A DNA stretch of 44,954 bases, taken from a phage. Position numbers and translations under genes: made by a program. Shown here piece after piece: positions 23,101 through 32,441 of the stretch. The DNA is taken from the sequence record OZ503098.1; one strand, 5' to 3'. The notes under the pieces are model-generated. The model worked only from the letters and a program-made list of their open reading frames with translations, made no database searches and was not told the origin of the DNA. Position 1 is the stretch's first letter. Every line of letters starts with the position of its first letter.

Positions 23101-24485
23101 TGCGTAACTATGCGGCAGAACACCGCGCACTGGAACGCGCGATCGCGAAGCGCAACCGACCACCGCGCCCGACACGCGTTGCGCAGGCGGTGCGGCTTTA
23201 CCAGCCTGATTGCCTACCGCACCAGGTCGAACTACTGCGGGACACGAAGACTAAAATCCTCGGCCTGTGTTCCGGCTTCGGCGGCGGCAAGTCATGGGTC
23301 GCAGCCCGTAAGGTAATCCAGCTTTTAACCCTGAACCCGGGTCATGATGGCATCGTTACAGAACCGACTATTCCCCTCCTGGTTAAAATCATGTATCCAG
23401 AATTGGAGAAGGCTTTCGACGAGGCTGGCTTCCGGTGGAAGTTCAACAAGCAGGACAAGATCTATAGCGTTCTGGTGAAAGGCAAATGGACCCGCGTGAT
23501 CTGTGAATCAATGGAGAACTATACCCGTCTGATCGGGGTCAACGCCGCGTGGATTGTTGCCGACGAGTTCGATACCACGAAACAAGACGTCGCAATGGCG
23601 GCTTATCACAAATTGCTCGGTCGTCTGCGTGCGGGCGTGGTCCGTCAGTTTGTCATCGTATCCACGCCGGAAGGCTTCCGGGCAATGTATCAAATTTTCG
23701 AGGTGGAGAAGGATAGCCAGAAACGTTTGATCCGGGCGAAGACCACCGACAACCACCATTTACCGGCAGACTTTATCGACACGCTGCGCAGTCAGTACCC
23801 GGCGAACCTTATTGACGCGTACCTGAACGGCCTGTTTGTTAACCTTACGTCGGGCGCGGTGTACAAGATGTTCAACCGCGAGGAGAACGCCAGCACCGAA
23901 GAAGTGCAGCCGGACGACACGCTGATTATCGGCATGGACTTTAACGTCACGAAGATGGCGGCGGTTGTGTACGTCAGACGGCAGCGAATCACAGAGAACA
24001 AGGAGTTCCGCGACGAGATTCACGCGGTGGATGAATTTGTGGACCTGTTTGACACTCCGGCGATGATCGAGGCGATCGAGGAGCGCTACCCGGAACATTG
24101 CGCCGCCGGTAAAGTCGTAGTTTACCCGGATAGCAGTGGCAAGTCGCGTAAGACGGTCAACGCGTCGTCGTCCGATATCGCGCAACTGGAAGATGCGGGC
24201 TTCGAGGTGGAATATGACAGTGTTAACCCGCCTGTGAAAGACCGATTGATCGCGATGAATACGATGATGTGCAACTCGAAGGGTGTGCGCCAGTATTTTG
24301 TCAACCTGGATAAATGCCCTACACTAGCGAAATGTCTGGAACAGCAGGTGTACGACCTGAAGAAAGGCGAGCCGGATAAAACTGCCGGTGTGGACCACAT
24401 GAATGACGCAGCGGGCTACCCTATTGCGCACTTGTTCCCTGTGATTCGTCCGATCGCCGTTGTTCCTACCGTAGATTTCTACTAA
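23100..24485 (+). CDS. Terminase large subunit
   Basis: Walker A-like GFGGGKS, Walker B-like AAWIVADEFD, C-terminal nuclease-like region; 461 aa; TAATG overlap with the small subunit gene. Confidence 0.8.
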   Translation: MRNYAAEHRALERAIAKRNRPPRPTRVAQAVRLYQPDCLPHQVELLRDTKTKILGLCSGFGGGKSWVAARKVIQLLTLNPGHDGIVTEPTIPLLVKIMYPELEKAFDEAGFRWKFNKQDKIYSVLVKGKWTRVICESMENYTRLIGVNAAWIVADEFDTTKQDVAMAAYHKLLGRLRAGVVRQFVIVSTPEGFRAMYQIFEVEKDSQKRLIRAKTTDNHHLPADFIDTLRSQYPANLIDAYLNGLFVNLTSGAVYKMFNREENASTEEVQPDDTLIIGMDFNVTKMAAVVYVRRQRITENKEFRDEIHAVDEFVDLFDTPAMIEAIEERYPEHCAAGKVVVYPDSSGKSRKTVNASSSDIAQLEDAGFEVEYDSVNPPVKDRLIAMNTMMCNSKGVRQYFVNLDKCPTLAKCLEQQVYDLKKGEPDKTAGVDHMNDAAGYPIAHLFPVIRPIAVVPTVDFY

Positions 24486-24496
24486 GGAAACCGACC

Positions 24497-26017
24497 ATGA
24501 CCGTTAACGTTGACAACCAGCACCCGCTCTATGCGCGCATCGCGCCAGAGTGGAAAATGATCCGTGACTGCGTAGCGGGGGAGCGCGCCGTGAAGGCGTG
24601 CGGCCCCTTGTACCTGCCACACCCCGCAAGCGGCGACACCACCGACCCGAAATCACGGGCACGGTATAAGGCGTATAAGCAACGTGCTGTCTTCCTGAAC
24701 GCCACCGCCCGCACACTGAATGCGCTGTTAGGTGTCGCCTTCGCCAAACCGGTGAGTATGGACCTTTCCGGGGCAATGGCTGACCTGATTGATGACGTAG
24801 ACGGCAGCGGGATGCCGCTGGCGCAACTCCTGCGCGGCGCTATGTCGGAAGTGCTGCAATCGGGCCGCGCAGGCTTTATGGTGGACTACGACCGCCAGGC
24901 GCATTTTGACGAACTGGGTAACGTAGTGCCGCAGACAGCCGCGGAGATGGCGGCACACCGCCCGCTTATCCGCCTGTATACGGCTGAACAGATCATTAAC
25001 TGGCGGCAGACCCACGGGGTTGACACGCTAATCGTGCTGAAGGAAACGGACGAAATCAGCACCGAAGACCCGGACGACTTCGCAAACCACGAAGTAACGA
25101 TCTGGACCGAGCTTCGCATGATTGCAGGTAAGGCCCACGCCCGCCGCTGGTTTTACAACGCGGACACGTCCGAGGTGCAGATGGACTTGCCGCGAGGCTT
25201 CACCCGCACCGACCTTGTACCATTGGTGGATGCCTCCGGTAATGCGCTAACTCAACTGCCTTTTTGTTGGTGTGGTGCGGTTGATAACAATGCAACACCA
25301 GATGCCGCACCGCTGGCGGATATCGCGTCCATCAACATTAAGCACTACAACGCCGAAGCAGACGTCGCCGAGATTGCGCACATTGTGGGCCAACCTACAC
25401 TCATTGCGACCGGTCTGACCCAATCATGGGCCGATAAAAACCTGAAGGGCGGCATCGCACTAGGCGCGACTAAGGGTGTTATCCTGGGGCAGAATATGGA
25501 CGCTAAACTGCTTCAGGCTGAGGAGAGAAACCTGTCAGTTGCGCTGTGTGAGCGACGCGAATTGCAAATGGCTAAACTGGGCGCTGCCCTGGTTGAGAAG
25601 GGGACCGCACCTAAGACGGCAACGGAGGCGGCTTATGATGCGCAGACTGATAACAGTATCTTGTCGCTGATTGCCGGTAATGTTGAGAAGGCTTTCAACC
25701 GTGCGCTGCAAATCGTCCAGCTTTTCACGGGGGACGCCGCAACCCAGCAAGTCACGTTGAATAAGTTTTACACCGAGATCACGGTGGACGCACAGCTTAT
25801 GACCGCGATGATGGCAGGTGTGCAGACTGGTACTGTCCGTCTGGCGGACTTTATCAAGTGGATGATGGCCCAGGGCGTTATCGATGACTCGCAAACCGTT
25901 GAGCAGGTGGAAGACGAATTGCGAAATCAGAATCCATTGCCTCAAATGTCCCCGGATGCGGTAGAATCTACCGAAGAAGACCCGGACAAGGTATCGGACA
26001 ATGGCGAAGACAATTAA
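24497..26017 (+). CDS. Portal protein
   Basis: 506-aa ORF immediately after the large terminase with an acidic C-terminal tail; assignment by position and size. Confidence 0.65.
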   Translation: MTVNVDNQHPLYARIAPEWKMIRDCVAGERAVKACGPLYLPHPASGDTTDPKSRARYKAYKQRAVFLNATARTLNALLGVAFAKPVSMDLSGAMADLIDDVDGSGMPLAQLLRGAMSEVLQSGRAGFMVDYDRQAHFDELGNVVPQTAAEMAAHRPLIRLYTAEQIINWRQTHGVDTLIVLKETDEISTEDPDDFANHEVTIWTELRMIAGKAHARRWFYNADTSEVQMDLPRGFTRTDLVPLVDASGNALTQLPFCWCGAVDNNATPDAAPLADIASINIKHYNAEADVAEIAHIVGQPTLIATGLTQSWADKNLKGGIALGATKGVILGQNMDAKLLQAEERNLSVALCERRELQMAKLGAALVEKGTAPKTATEAAYDAQTDNSILSLIAGNVEKAFNRALQIVQLFTGDAATQQVTLNKFYTEITVDAQLMTAMMAGVQTGTVRLADFIKWMMAQGVIDDSQTVEQVEDELRNQNPLPQMSPDAVESTEEDPDKVSDNGEDN

Positions 26018-27104
26018 TCAATATATGGCGGATCGAATGATTCGCCGACACATCTTCACCCAGCGCCTGAGTAATGACCAGGCGCGGAGGGTGCTGGCTA
26101 TGTGGGAGAAGTTCCGGCCTACATTACTAGGAAAGCTGACTGAGTTACTTGATGGCAAATCGTCAATGCATAACAAGGCACTTTCCACTCTGTTAACGCA
26201 ACTCGACAAGACCGTCAAAACGGAACTGCGCACCGAGTTTAAGGCGCTGGCTGAAAGCCTTCAGGAGTTCGCCGACACCGAGGCTGATTATCTCGCCGAC
26301 ACATTAACGGCAGCGATCCAGCCCGCGGTCGCCGTACCGGCTGTTGAGGTGGTGGGTGTTGTGACCGGCGCGCAGATCGCGGCGACTGCAATGAAAAACC
26401 CGTTCCAGGGTAACACCATGATGCAGTGGCCCGATTCACTTTCCGAGTGGACCAGGACGCAGATCGGCAATCAGGTGCGCGCCGGATTCATCCAGGGCAA
26501 GCCGACGATGGAAATTATCGCGGATGTGAGGCGCGCGCTAGGCGGTCGAAGTGCGCAAGCAATCTCAAGCGTTGTTAAGTCCGCAGTCAACCACTATGCG
26601 GCGACCGCCCGCGAATTAATGGTGAAAGCTAATGACGATATTCTCGAAGGTCGCCAATGGTTATCTACATTGGACACGCATACTTCTCCCATGTGCCAGC
26701 TACGCGATCGCCTGTTTTATCCGGTTGATGTTACTCCCGATACGAAAGGGAAGCGAGGCGGAAAAGTGGTGGCGGGATCACAATATGGCGCCGGTCCGGG
26801 CAAGCTACATTATTGCTGCCGCTCGACGGAGACGTGGAAAGTCAAAGGTATGGAAGATTGGCCCAGTGGTAAGCGTCCGGCACTGAAGGCCGACGCAGGC
26901 AGATTGCTGAGTGAGCATGTCGACGCGCAGACTGATTTCTTCTCATGGGTGCAGCGCCAGCCGCGCCATATCCTGGAGGAATTATATGGAGTGCAACGCG
27001 CCGACCAGATTATGCGCGGCGTGAAAGTGCCGAAGATGTTCACCGATTCTGGCGAACTGATGTCTATTGCACAGCTTAAAAACCGGGGGTTATGGCGTGA
27101 TTAA
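26001..27104 (+). CDS. Head morphogenesis protein (Mu F-like / SPP1 gp7-like minor head protein)
   Basis: Follows the portal gene; LSTLDTHTSPMCQLRDRLFY matches the conserved D-x-R-T...C core of this family. Confidence 0.6.
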   Translation: MAKTINQYMADRMIRRHIFTQRLSNDQARRVLAMWEKFRPTLLGKLTELLDGKSSMHNKALSTLLTQLDKTVKTELRTEFKALAESLQEFADTEADYLADTLTAAIQPAVAVPAVEVVGVVTGAQIAATAMKNPFQGNTMMQWPDSLSEWTRTQIGNQVRAGFIQGKPTMEIIADVRRALGGRSAQAISSVVKSAVNHYAATARELMVKANDDILEGRQWLSTLDTHTSPMCQLRDRLFYPVDVTPDTKGKRGGKVVAGSQYGAGPGKLHYCCRSTETWKVKGMEDWPSGKRPALKADAGRLLSEHVDAQTDFFSWVQRQPRHILEELYGVQRADQIMRGVKVPKMFTDSGELMSIAQLKNRGLWRD

Positions 27105-27426
27105 ATACGCAGCGATTGGGCTGGTTATCGGTCTGGCGGTAGGATTCTGGCTAGGTGACTCCTATCGCGCTGGCGTAGTGGCGGAGGCGGCGCAAGAAGC
27201 CCAAGCCCAAGCCCAACGGCAGCAAACTAAAGTTGTTGAGCGCTCCGTGCAGGCCGAACAAGCCCGCGACGTAGAATACCGGACTATCACGAAAGAGGTT
27301 GTTAAATATGTTACGCGCCCTAACCGCCCTGATTGTAGTTTTGATGCTGAGCGCGTGCGGATCAAGCAACGTGCCGTTGATGCCGCTAACGGAGTCGGCA
27401 CTGCGACCGCCGTGCAAGTTCGATAG
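27097..27426 (+). CDS. Putative i-spanin (Rz-like): N-terminal TM segment plus Gln/Ala-rich coiled coil
   Basis: GTG start at 27097 with GGGGG RBS (the track's TTG start at 27067 is also possible); AAIGLVIGLAVGFWLG TM segment followed by AQEAQAQAQRQQTKVVERSVQAEQ; overlaps an embedded lipoprotein ORF. Confidence 0.45.
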   Translation: MIKYAAIGLVIGLAVGFWLGDSYRAGVVAEAAQEAQAQAQRQQTKVVERSVQAEQARDVEYRTITKEVVKYVTRPNRPDCSFDAERVRIKQRAVDAANGVGTATAVQVR

Positions 27427-27580
27427 CCCGTCCGCAGACCCCGACGAGGATTTGATGATTGACGTGAAAAATATGGAATGCGGGGCGAAGCTAAGGGCGC
27501 AGGTGCTGGAGTTGCAGCAAATAATTAAGGGCCGTAATGGCCCCCTTTTCGTTAGCGCGGAATACCGCAAATCTCGTTGA
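27308..27580 (+). CDS. Putative o-spanin (Rz1-like outer-membrane lipoprotein), overlapping the i-spanin gene in the +1 frame
   Basis: ATG 27308 with AAAGAGG RBS; signal peptide with lipobox MLRALTALIVVLMLSACGSS; Pro-rich mature part; 90 aa. Confidence 0.5.
   Translation: MLRALTALIVVLMLSACGSSNVPLMPLTESALRPPCKFDSPSADPDEDLMIDVKNMECGAKLRAQVLELQQIIKGRNGPLFVSAEYRKSR
27529..27551. terminator. Bidirectional hairpin at the convergence of the o-spanin gene and the minus-strand moron
   Basis: GGGCC-gtaat-GGCCC followed by CCTTTTCGTT on plus and by UUAAUUAUUU on minus. Confidence 0.4.
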
Positions 27581-28316
27581 GAGTTTTCACATCCAGCGCC
27601 ACCGCCGTGGATTTTGGCTTGTCCGGGTAAGGGATGAATTGCTCAACTTCAGGCCATGCCTTAATCAGCTTCTTGTCAGTATTGTGCAGGTCCAGCACAC
27701 CGGTAACGGTCAACTTGAACGCGTCATACTTAGCCCGCAACTCACGGCGGGCCTTGTCGTTACGGTCCAGGCGCTTACAGAAATCATGATCCGCCGGGAA
27801 ATCCGCACGGCAGTGTGGCTTATAGATCGGCAGCGCTTTCCCGTCCTCGTCCACTTCGCACACTGACGCGAGCATAACTTCTTCAAACCCCGGTACGATA
27901 TCGCCTAAATCGGGGGATAGCTTATTCATGTATTTATATTCCCAGCATCCGCGATGTACGCGGTATTGGCGACCGTCACCGCTCAAGGATAAGGTGCGAA
28001 CATTTCCGCCTGCGTTGATTTCGAAAGTGGCGTCGTAAACGCTGCCGATACCTTTCGGGCGGTCGGCGTTATAACGATATGTCGCCTTGTTGGTGTATAC
28101 ACAGACGCCGTACATCTGCGACGGGTCATCGCCGATTGCTTCAATGTGCGCGAGTAGCTCGGCGAACGTGCGAATGCCTTCCGGCATACAGTCCAGCGTA
28201 ATGGCATAAGCCAGGTCGCGCGAGTCCATCATGATTTGTTTGGCTTCGGTTGCGATTTCGTGGTCGCGCAGGATGTTAGCCAGAATCTGATTTTTAATGT
28301 CTTTAGTAAGTCTCAT
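27552..28316 (-). CDS. Opposite-strand moron: hypothetical protein (254 aa) of unknown function
   Basis: Only minus-strand gene inside the 15-43 kb plus-strand block; ATG 28316 with GAGGA RBS; own promoter-like element upstream and hairpin downstream; Cys/His-containing (HRGCWEYKY, KPHCRADFPADHDFCKR) but no motif I can name. Confidence 0.55.
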   Translation of the reverse strand: MRLTKDIKNQILANILRDHEIATEAKQIMMDSRDLAYAITLDCMPEGIRTFAELLAHIEAIGDDPSQMYGVCVYTNKATYRYNADRPKGIGSVYDATFEINAGGNVRTLSLSGDGRQYRVHRGCWEYKYMNKLSPDLGDIVPGFEEVMLASVCEVDEDGKALPIYKPHCRADFPADHDFCKRLDRNDKARRELRAKYDAFKLTVTGVLDLHNTDKKLIKAWPEVEQFIPYPDKPKSTAVALDVKTLNEICGIPR

Positions 28317-28345
28317 TTTTGTGTCCTCGTTGTTGGTGTGCAACC

Positions 28346-28375
28346 AATATATTGCAACCAATACCCGGATTGCAA
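28346..28375 (-). promoter_or_regulatory. Promoter for the moron: TTGCAA-18-TATATT on the minus strand, overlapping two ATTGGTTGCA copies
   Basis: Minus-strand reading: TTGCAAtccgggtATTGGTTGCAaTATATTGGTTGCAC; same architecture as the 18062-18090 promoter. Confidence 0.4.
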
Positions 28376-28382
28376 GCGAATT

Positions 28383-28410
28383 TTGCGATTATTTTTATCA
28401 CTGATAATAT
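28383..28410 (+). promoter_or_regulatory. Promoter-like element TTGCGA-16-TGaTAATAT upstream of the scaffold gene
   Basis: Extended -10-like TGATAATAT at 28402-28410; divergent from the moron promoter. Confidence 0.3.
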
Positions 28411-28464
28411 TAAGGCGTGAAGTCGAGCGGGTGGCCTGCTCTGCCACAATCCCAGGGGGATAGC

Positions 28465-29166
28465 ATGAAACTTACTAAAGCAGAATATGACGCGTTGCCG
28501 GAAGGTATGAAGGCGCTTTTTGTTGCCGATGGTGACGGGTATAAATCAACGTTCATGACCGCCGAAGAAGTACAGGCGGAGATTAAGGGTCTGAAAGACA
28601 ATAACGCGAAGCTGGTTAGCGAGAAGAAAGCAGAAGCCGAACGTCGCGCCGAAGCCGAGCGCCTTGCGAAAGAGAAAGAGGAAGCCGCCGCGCGCAAAAA
28701 TGGCGACCTCGAAGCGATCGACAAGTCCTGGAAAGATAAGTTTGCGAAACACGAAGCAGACACATCGGGAAAAATCGAAGCCTACCGCAAGCAGATCCAC
28801 GACCTAACCATCGGCAGCGCTGCCAAAGATTTGGCCTCGAAGCTGTTCGGTAAGAATGCGGGCATCATGCAACGCCACGTTATGGACCGCCTGACGCTGG
28901 AAGACGGCGAAGACGGCAGCTTGAAGGTGCGTGTCTTGCAGGATGGCAAACCATCCGCGCTGACTATGGAAGAGCTTGAAAAAGAGTTCCGTAATAACGC
29001 CGATTTTGCATCCGTCCTGGCAGGCACGCCAGCCGGTGGTGCGCCGAGCAAACCGACGCAGGTCGTCGAAGATGTGAAGTCTAAAATCACTATGGGCCAC
29101 AGCTTTGGCATCACCGACCTGACGAAACAGGCGGGTGAAATCATCGCTAAAATGGGCGACGAGTAA
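28465..29166 (+). CDS. Putative scaffolding protein
   Basis: ATG 28465 with AGGGGGA RBS; Lys/Glu/Ala-rich predicted coiled coil (AEAERRAEAERLAKEKEEAAARK); immediately upstream of the major capsid gene. Confidence 0.5.
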   Translation: MKLTKAEYDALPEGMKALFVADGDGYKSTFMTAEEVQAEIKGLKDNNAKLVSEKKAEAERRAEAERLAKEKEEAAARKNGDLEAIDKSWKDKFAKHEADTSGKIEAYRKQIHDLTIGSAAKDLASKLFGKNAGIMQRHVMDRLTLEDGEDGSLKVRVLQDGKPSALTMEELEKEFRNNADFASVLAGTPAGGAPSKPTQVVEDVKSKITMGHSFGITDLTKQAGEIIAKMGDE

Positions 29167-29171
29167 GCAAA

Positions 29172-29196
29172 TTGCCCGCGAAAGCGGGCAATTTTG
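29172..29196 (+). terminator. Hairpin plus T-run after the scaffold gene
   Basis: TTGCCCGC-gaaa-GCGGGCAA followed by TTTT. Confidence 0.5.
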
Positions 29197-29263
29197 CGAG
29201 CGCGTAAATCTAAGGTAACATTAACGGTACTGGGCGAATGCTCACAACTCAAAGGATTCCGAT

Positions 29264-30364
29264 ATGTCTTTAACAGTGTTCCAGCGTAAACTCGTCACCG
29301 CGGTTACGCAAATGATCCCCGATAACCTGAACGTGTTCAACGCTGCCGCTAACGGTGCTGTTGTTCTCGGCACGGGTGAAGTGCTGAAGGATGTTGTAGA
29401 AAAAATGTCCGTAGGCTTGATCGCCAACCTCGTTACCGACCGTAACGCCTATGCCCCTGTCGGTACTCCGGCGACCGCAAAAGTGCTGGCGCGTATGCTG
29501 ACCAACTCCGTCAACCTGTCCGCGAAAGTGGGTCCGGTAGCAATCACTAAGGCTATGATGGCTAAAATCGAAACCAACGTTAACAGCGTTGCGGCTGAGA
29601 TTGCGGCACAGGCTACTCAAGCGATTATGCTGCATTACCTGAAGGCTGGCATCGGCGCAAGTAAAGCGGCGATCGAGAGCAACGCAGCGGCAAAATACAC
29701 CCAACCGGCGCGCGTTGACGGCGTTGGCGGTCGTACCTTCCCGACCCTGGCAGACTTCCCGCTGGCGGCTTCTAAGTTCGGCGATCAGGCGTCTTTGATT
29801 AAGTCCTGGTTTATGGACGGCGTCACCTGGGCAAACTTCATTGCGTACCAGGCACTCCCTTCCGCTGAACAGGTATTCGCAATTGGCGATCTCCAGGTAA
29901 TGGGTGATGGCCTGGGCCGTCGCTTCATTATCTCCGATGCCGCTGCCGATGCTATGGGCACGGGTAACATGCTGGGTCTGGTCCCTGGCGCGGTTGCAGT
30001 TACCACCAACGGTCTTGATATGCTGGCGCAGGAGAAAGGCGGTAACGAGAACATCGAACGTTGGTGGCAGGGCGAGTTCGACTTCAACGTGGCGGTTAAA
30101 GGCTATCGTCTGAAGGCGTCCGCACGTACTACGGTCGAAGGTGTTCGCTCGTTCAAACTGTCCGACATCACCACTTCCGCTAACTGGGAACTGGATCAGG
30201 GCCAGGTAGACAACGCACCGGCAACCGTTCAGGATGTTGGCGCTGTTGGTGACGGCGATACTAAAGGCCGTCGTAAGACCCCGGCCGCACAGGAAGTGCC
30301 GACCCGTCACATCAAGGAAACGGCAGGCGTACTGGTTACGCTTACCCCGACCAAAGCGTCCTGA
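29264..30364 (+). CDS. Major capsid protein
   Basis: 366-aa ORF after the scaffold gene, AAAGGA RBS, followed by a strong terminator; assignment by position, size and composition. Confidence 0.6.
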   Translation: MSLTVFQRKLVTAVTQMIPDNLNVFNAAANGAVVLGTGEVLKDVVEKMSVGLIANLVTDRNAYAPVGTPATAKVLARMLTNSVNLSAKVGPVAITKAMMAKIETNVNSVAAEIAAQATQAIMLHYLKAGIGASKAAIESNAAAKYTQPARVDGVGGRTFPTLADFPLAASKFGDQASLIKSWFMDGVTWANFIAYQALPSAEQVFAIGDLQVMGDGLGRRFIISDAAADAMGTGNMLGLVPGAVAVTTNGLDMLAQEKGGNENIERWWQGEFDFNVAVKGYRLKASARTTVEGVRSFKLSDITTSANWELDQGQVDNAPATVQDVGAVGDGDTKGRRKTPAAQEVPTRHIKETAGVLVTLTPTKAS

Positions 30365-30382
30365 TCTACGCACATCCCAAAT

Positions 30383-30408
30383 GGGCGGGCATAAGCCCGC
30401 CTTTTTTA
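30383..30408 (+). terminator. Rho-independent terminator after the major capsid gene
   Basis: GGGCGGGC-ataa-GCCCGCC followed by TTTTTT. Confidence 0.6.
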
Positions 30409-30422
30409 TAGGAGTGAATCTA

Positions 30423-30923
30423 ATGTATGGCGACCCGCAAACCTTTGTTGTTTATGCCGCGGCGCGAGGCGTTGAAATTACGCAGAGCGACGCAACTCGA
30501 CACCTTACCATTGTTAATGACTTCCTTAACGGCATCGACTGGATCGGCGAACAAGCGGACCCGACCGGAATTGACGCATGGCCCCGCGTCAACTACCCGT
30601 CAGACGGTAAGCCGGTGCAAAACACGCTTACTGAAGATTTGACAGTAGTTCCTGCGGGGCAGATTGTAGACTTCGCATCAATCCCTGTTGCCGTTGAGCA
30701 AGCAGTTTACCGGCTGGCAATGTTGGTGGCGGACGATGTTGATATTTCTCCGGTCAGCGATGGAAAGGAGACTATCCGTGAAACGGTAGGCCCGATCACG
30801 ATGGAGTATGACGCCGCGACGATTGGTAGCGGTGTGTCTTTCCCGTGGTGGGATGGCTTGCTGGGCTATTGGGTGGATGTAGACGGCAACGCAGCGGGTA
30901 ATTTTGACGTATTCAGGGGGTAA
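30423..30923 (+). CDS. Putative head-tail connector / head completion protein (166 aa)
   Basis: Internal ATG 30423 with AGGAG RBS (the long ORF start at 30234 would overlap the capsid gene); first gene after the capsid terminator. Confidence 0.45.
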   Translation: MYGDPQTFVVYAAARGVEITQSDATRHLTIVNDFLNGIDWIGEQADPTGIDAWPRVNYPSDGKPVQNTLTEDLTVVPAGQIVDFASIPVAVEQAVYRLAMLVADDVDISPVSDGKETIRETVGPITMEYDAATIGSGVSFPWWDGLLGYWVDVDGNAAGNFDVFRG

Positions 30924-30924
30924 T

Positions 30925-31023
30925 ATGAATCCAGCATTACTGGCGGCTATTATCGCCGCAAATACTAAACGCCAACCAGAACCGGAATCACCGGTACAGG
31001 AGGATGAAAATGGCGGGCTTTAA
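30925..31023 (+). CDS. Possible 32-aa micro-ORF
   Basis: TAATATG coupling to the upstream stop; MNPALLAAIIAANTKRQPEPESPVQEDENGGL; overlaps the next start; weak support. Confidence 0.25.
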   Translation: MNPALLAAIIAANTKRQPEPESPVQEDENGGL

Positions 31024-31363
31024 TTACACGGGATTAAAGCGGAAAGTCAATCCGCTGATTAAAAAGTTCGGCATGACCGTTACGGTTACGCGTCCTGGGT
31101 CGGTTGACCGCGTAGACGGCGACGAAGTGGTAATCCCGCCAACGTCGTTTGACGTCATCGGTCTTCGCGAGGAGTACGAGCCTAGCGAGATCGACGGTAC
31201 GCGTATCGTTGCCGGTGATGTGAAGTTTTTGTGCCAGGCCGTCAAGCCGGTGAAGGTAGGGGATTTGGTTAGCCTGAACAATACAGACTACCGGGTTATC
31301 AATCCCAACCCCCTGCAACCGGCGGGCGCAACCATGCTGTTTCAATTACAGCTAAGGGGCTGA
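31010..31363 (+). CDS. Putative head-tail joining protein (117 aa)
   Basis: AGGAGG RBS 6 nt upstream of ATG 31010 (the track's ATG at 31004 abuts the RBS); position in the neck module. Confidence 0.45.
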   Translation: MAGFNYTGLKRKVNPLIKKFGMTVTVTRPGSVDRVDGDEVVIPPTSFDVIGLREEYEPSEIDGTRIVAGDVKFLCQAVKPVKVGDLVSLNNTDYRVINPNPLQPAGATMLFQLQLRG

Positions 31364-31364
31364 C

Positions 31365-31958
31365 GTGGCTGAGGTCTACTCATTCGCCGCCACTATTGCT
31401 ACGTGGGTGGATAAGACGAAGGAGAACAACGATAAGGCGGTGCAGGCGTATGGGATGCAAATACTCGGACGCCTTATTGAGATCTCCCCAGTGGGCGACC
31501 CTCGCCGGTGGAAAATTAACAGGGCTTACGCGCTGGCCCGCCAGCACGCGAACAAGGTGAACGCCGCACAGCGCCGCAAGAATGGCGGCAAACTGAAGCG
31601 CGGGCAGAAGAAGCACGCCAGTGTGCTCGTTTCATTCAAGACTAAAAACGGCAACGTCACGTTCCGCCAGCGTGGCTGGGCCGCGAAGAATTACACCGGC
31701 GGGCGCTTCCGTGGTAACTGGCAGGTGACGTTCGACCGCCCGGCTGTTGGCGCTATTGACCGCGTGGATAAGGCAGGAACGGCAACATTAGCCGCGGGGC
31801 GTGAAGTGCTGGCGCACTACGATTCGAGTGAATACGGGTCAATCTGGTTTACTAACAACGTGCCATACGCGCAGCGACTTGAGTATGGCTGGAGTAAACA
31901 AGCGCCAGCGGGGATTGTTCGCGTCGTAGCGGCAGAAATTAATTCGAAGGTGAAATAA
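31365..31958 (+). CDS. Putative neck/tail-completion protein (197 aa), GTG start
   Basis: GTG 31365 with AAGGGG RBS, directly after the upstream stop; basic region RRKNGGKLKRGQKKHASV. Confidence 0.45.
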   Translation: MAEVYSFAATIATWVDKTKENNDKAVQAYGMQILGRLIEISPVGDPRRWKINRAYALARQHANKVNAAQRRKNGGKLKRGQKKHASVLVSFKTKNGNVTFRQRGWAAKNYTGGRFRGNWQVTFDRPAVGAIDRVDKAGTATLAAGREVLAHYDSSEYGSIWFTNNVPYAQRLEYGWSKQAPAGIVRVVAAEINSKVK

Positions 31959-32380
31959 TGAGCAATACCGCAATCCGCAAAGCGCTTAACAGCGTGGTAG
32001 AAGAGTTATCGTCGAGCCTGAGCACAAGCCCGCGTCCGATCCAGGTTAACTGGGAGAACGTGCAAGGGGACCACGCAAACGGTAGTGGTGTCTACCTGGA
32101 GCCGTACCTGCTACCGGCCCCGACTCAGTTTGCGGGCTTACAGCAGAAGGGCCGGATCTATGCTGGCGTATATCAAGTTGCCGTGGTGTTCCCGGCTGGC
32201 ACTGGCACACAGTACGCGAGCGAACTGGCGGACGCCATCGCTACGTCGGATAAGTGGCTGGCGGTAAAGATTTCCGGCGCTGCATTCCAGCTTCAGGACG
32301 CGCCATACACCAGTTCAGTGGTTGAGGACGTTGATCGCGCCCGCATTGTGGTTACAGTCCCCTACACCTGTTGCGCCTGA
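31958..32380 (+). CDS. Putative tail terminator/completion protein (140 aa)
   Basis: TAATG coupling to the upstream gene; position immediately before the major tail protein. Confidence 0.45.
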   Translation: MSNTAIRKALNSVVEELSSSLSTSPRPIQVNWENVQGDHANGSGVYLEPYLLPAPTQFAGLQQKGRIYAGVYQVAVVFPAGTGTQYASELADAIATSDKWLAVKISGAAFQLQDAPYTSSVVEDVDRARIVVTVPYTCCA

Positions 32381-32441
32381 TTTGGCGCAATTCTGCGCGT
32401 GCTGTATCATTAAACCGTATATCTAAACAGGAGCGTTCATT

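Noticed and set aside
29270-30373. 367-aa minus-strand ORF fully overlapping the major capsid gene
   Set aside because: Antisense shadow of a high-GC coding region; Arg/Cys-rich translation and no start context; the plus-strand gene has the RBS, terminator and expected position.
30234-30422. Long N-terminal extension of the head-tail connector ORF (start at 30234)
   Set aside because: That start would overlap the last 130 nt of the major capsid gene and its terminator and has an Arg/Pro-rich out-of-context translation; the internal ATG at 30423 with an AGGAG RBS is preferred.
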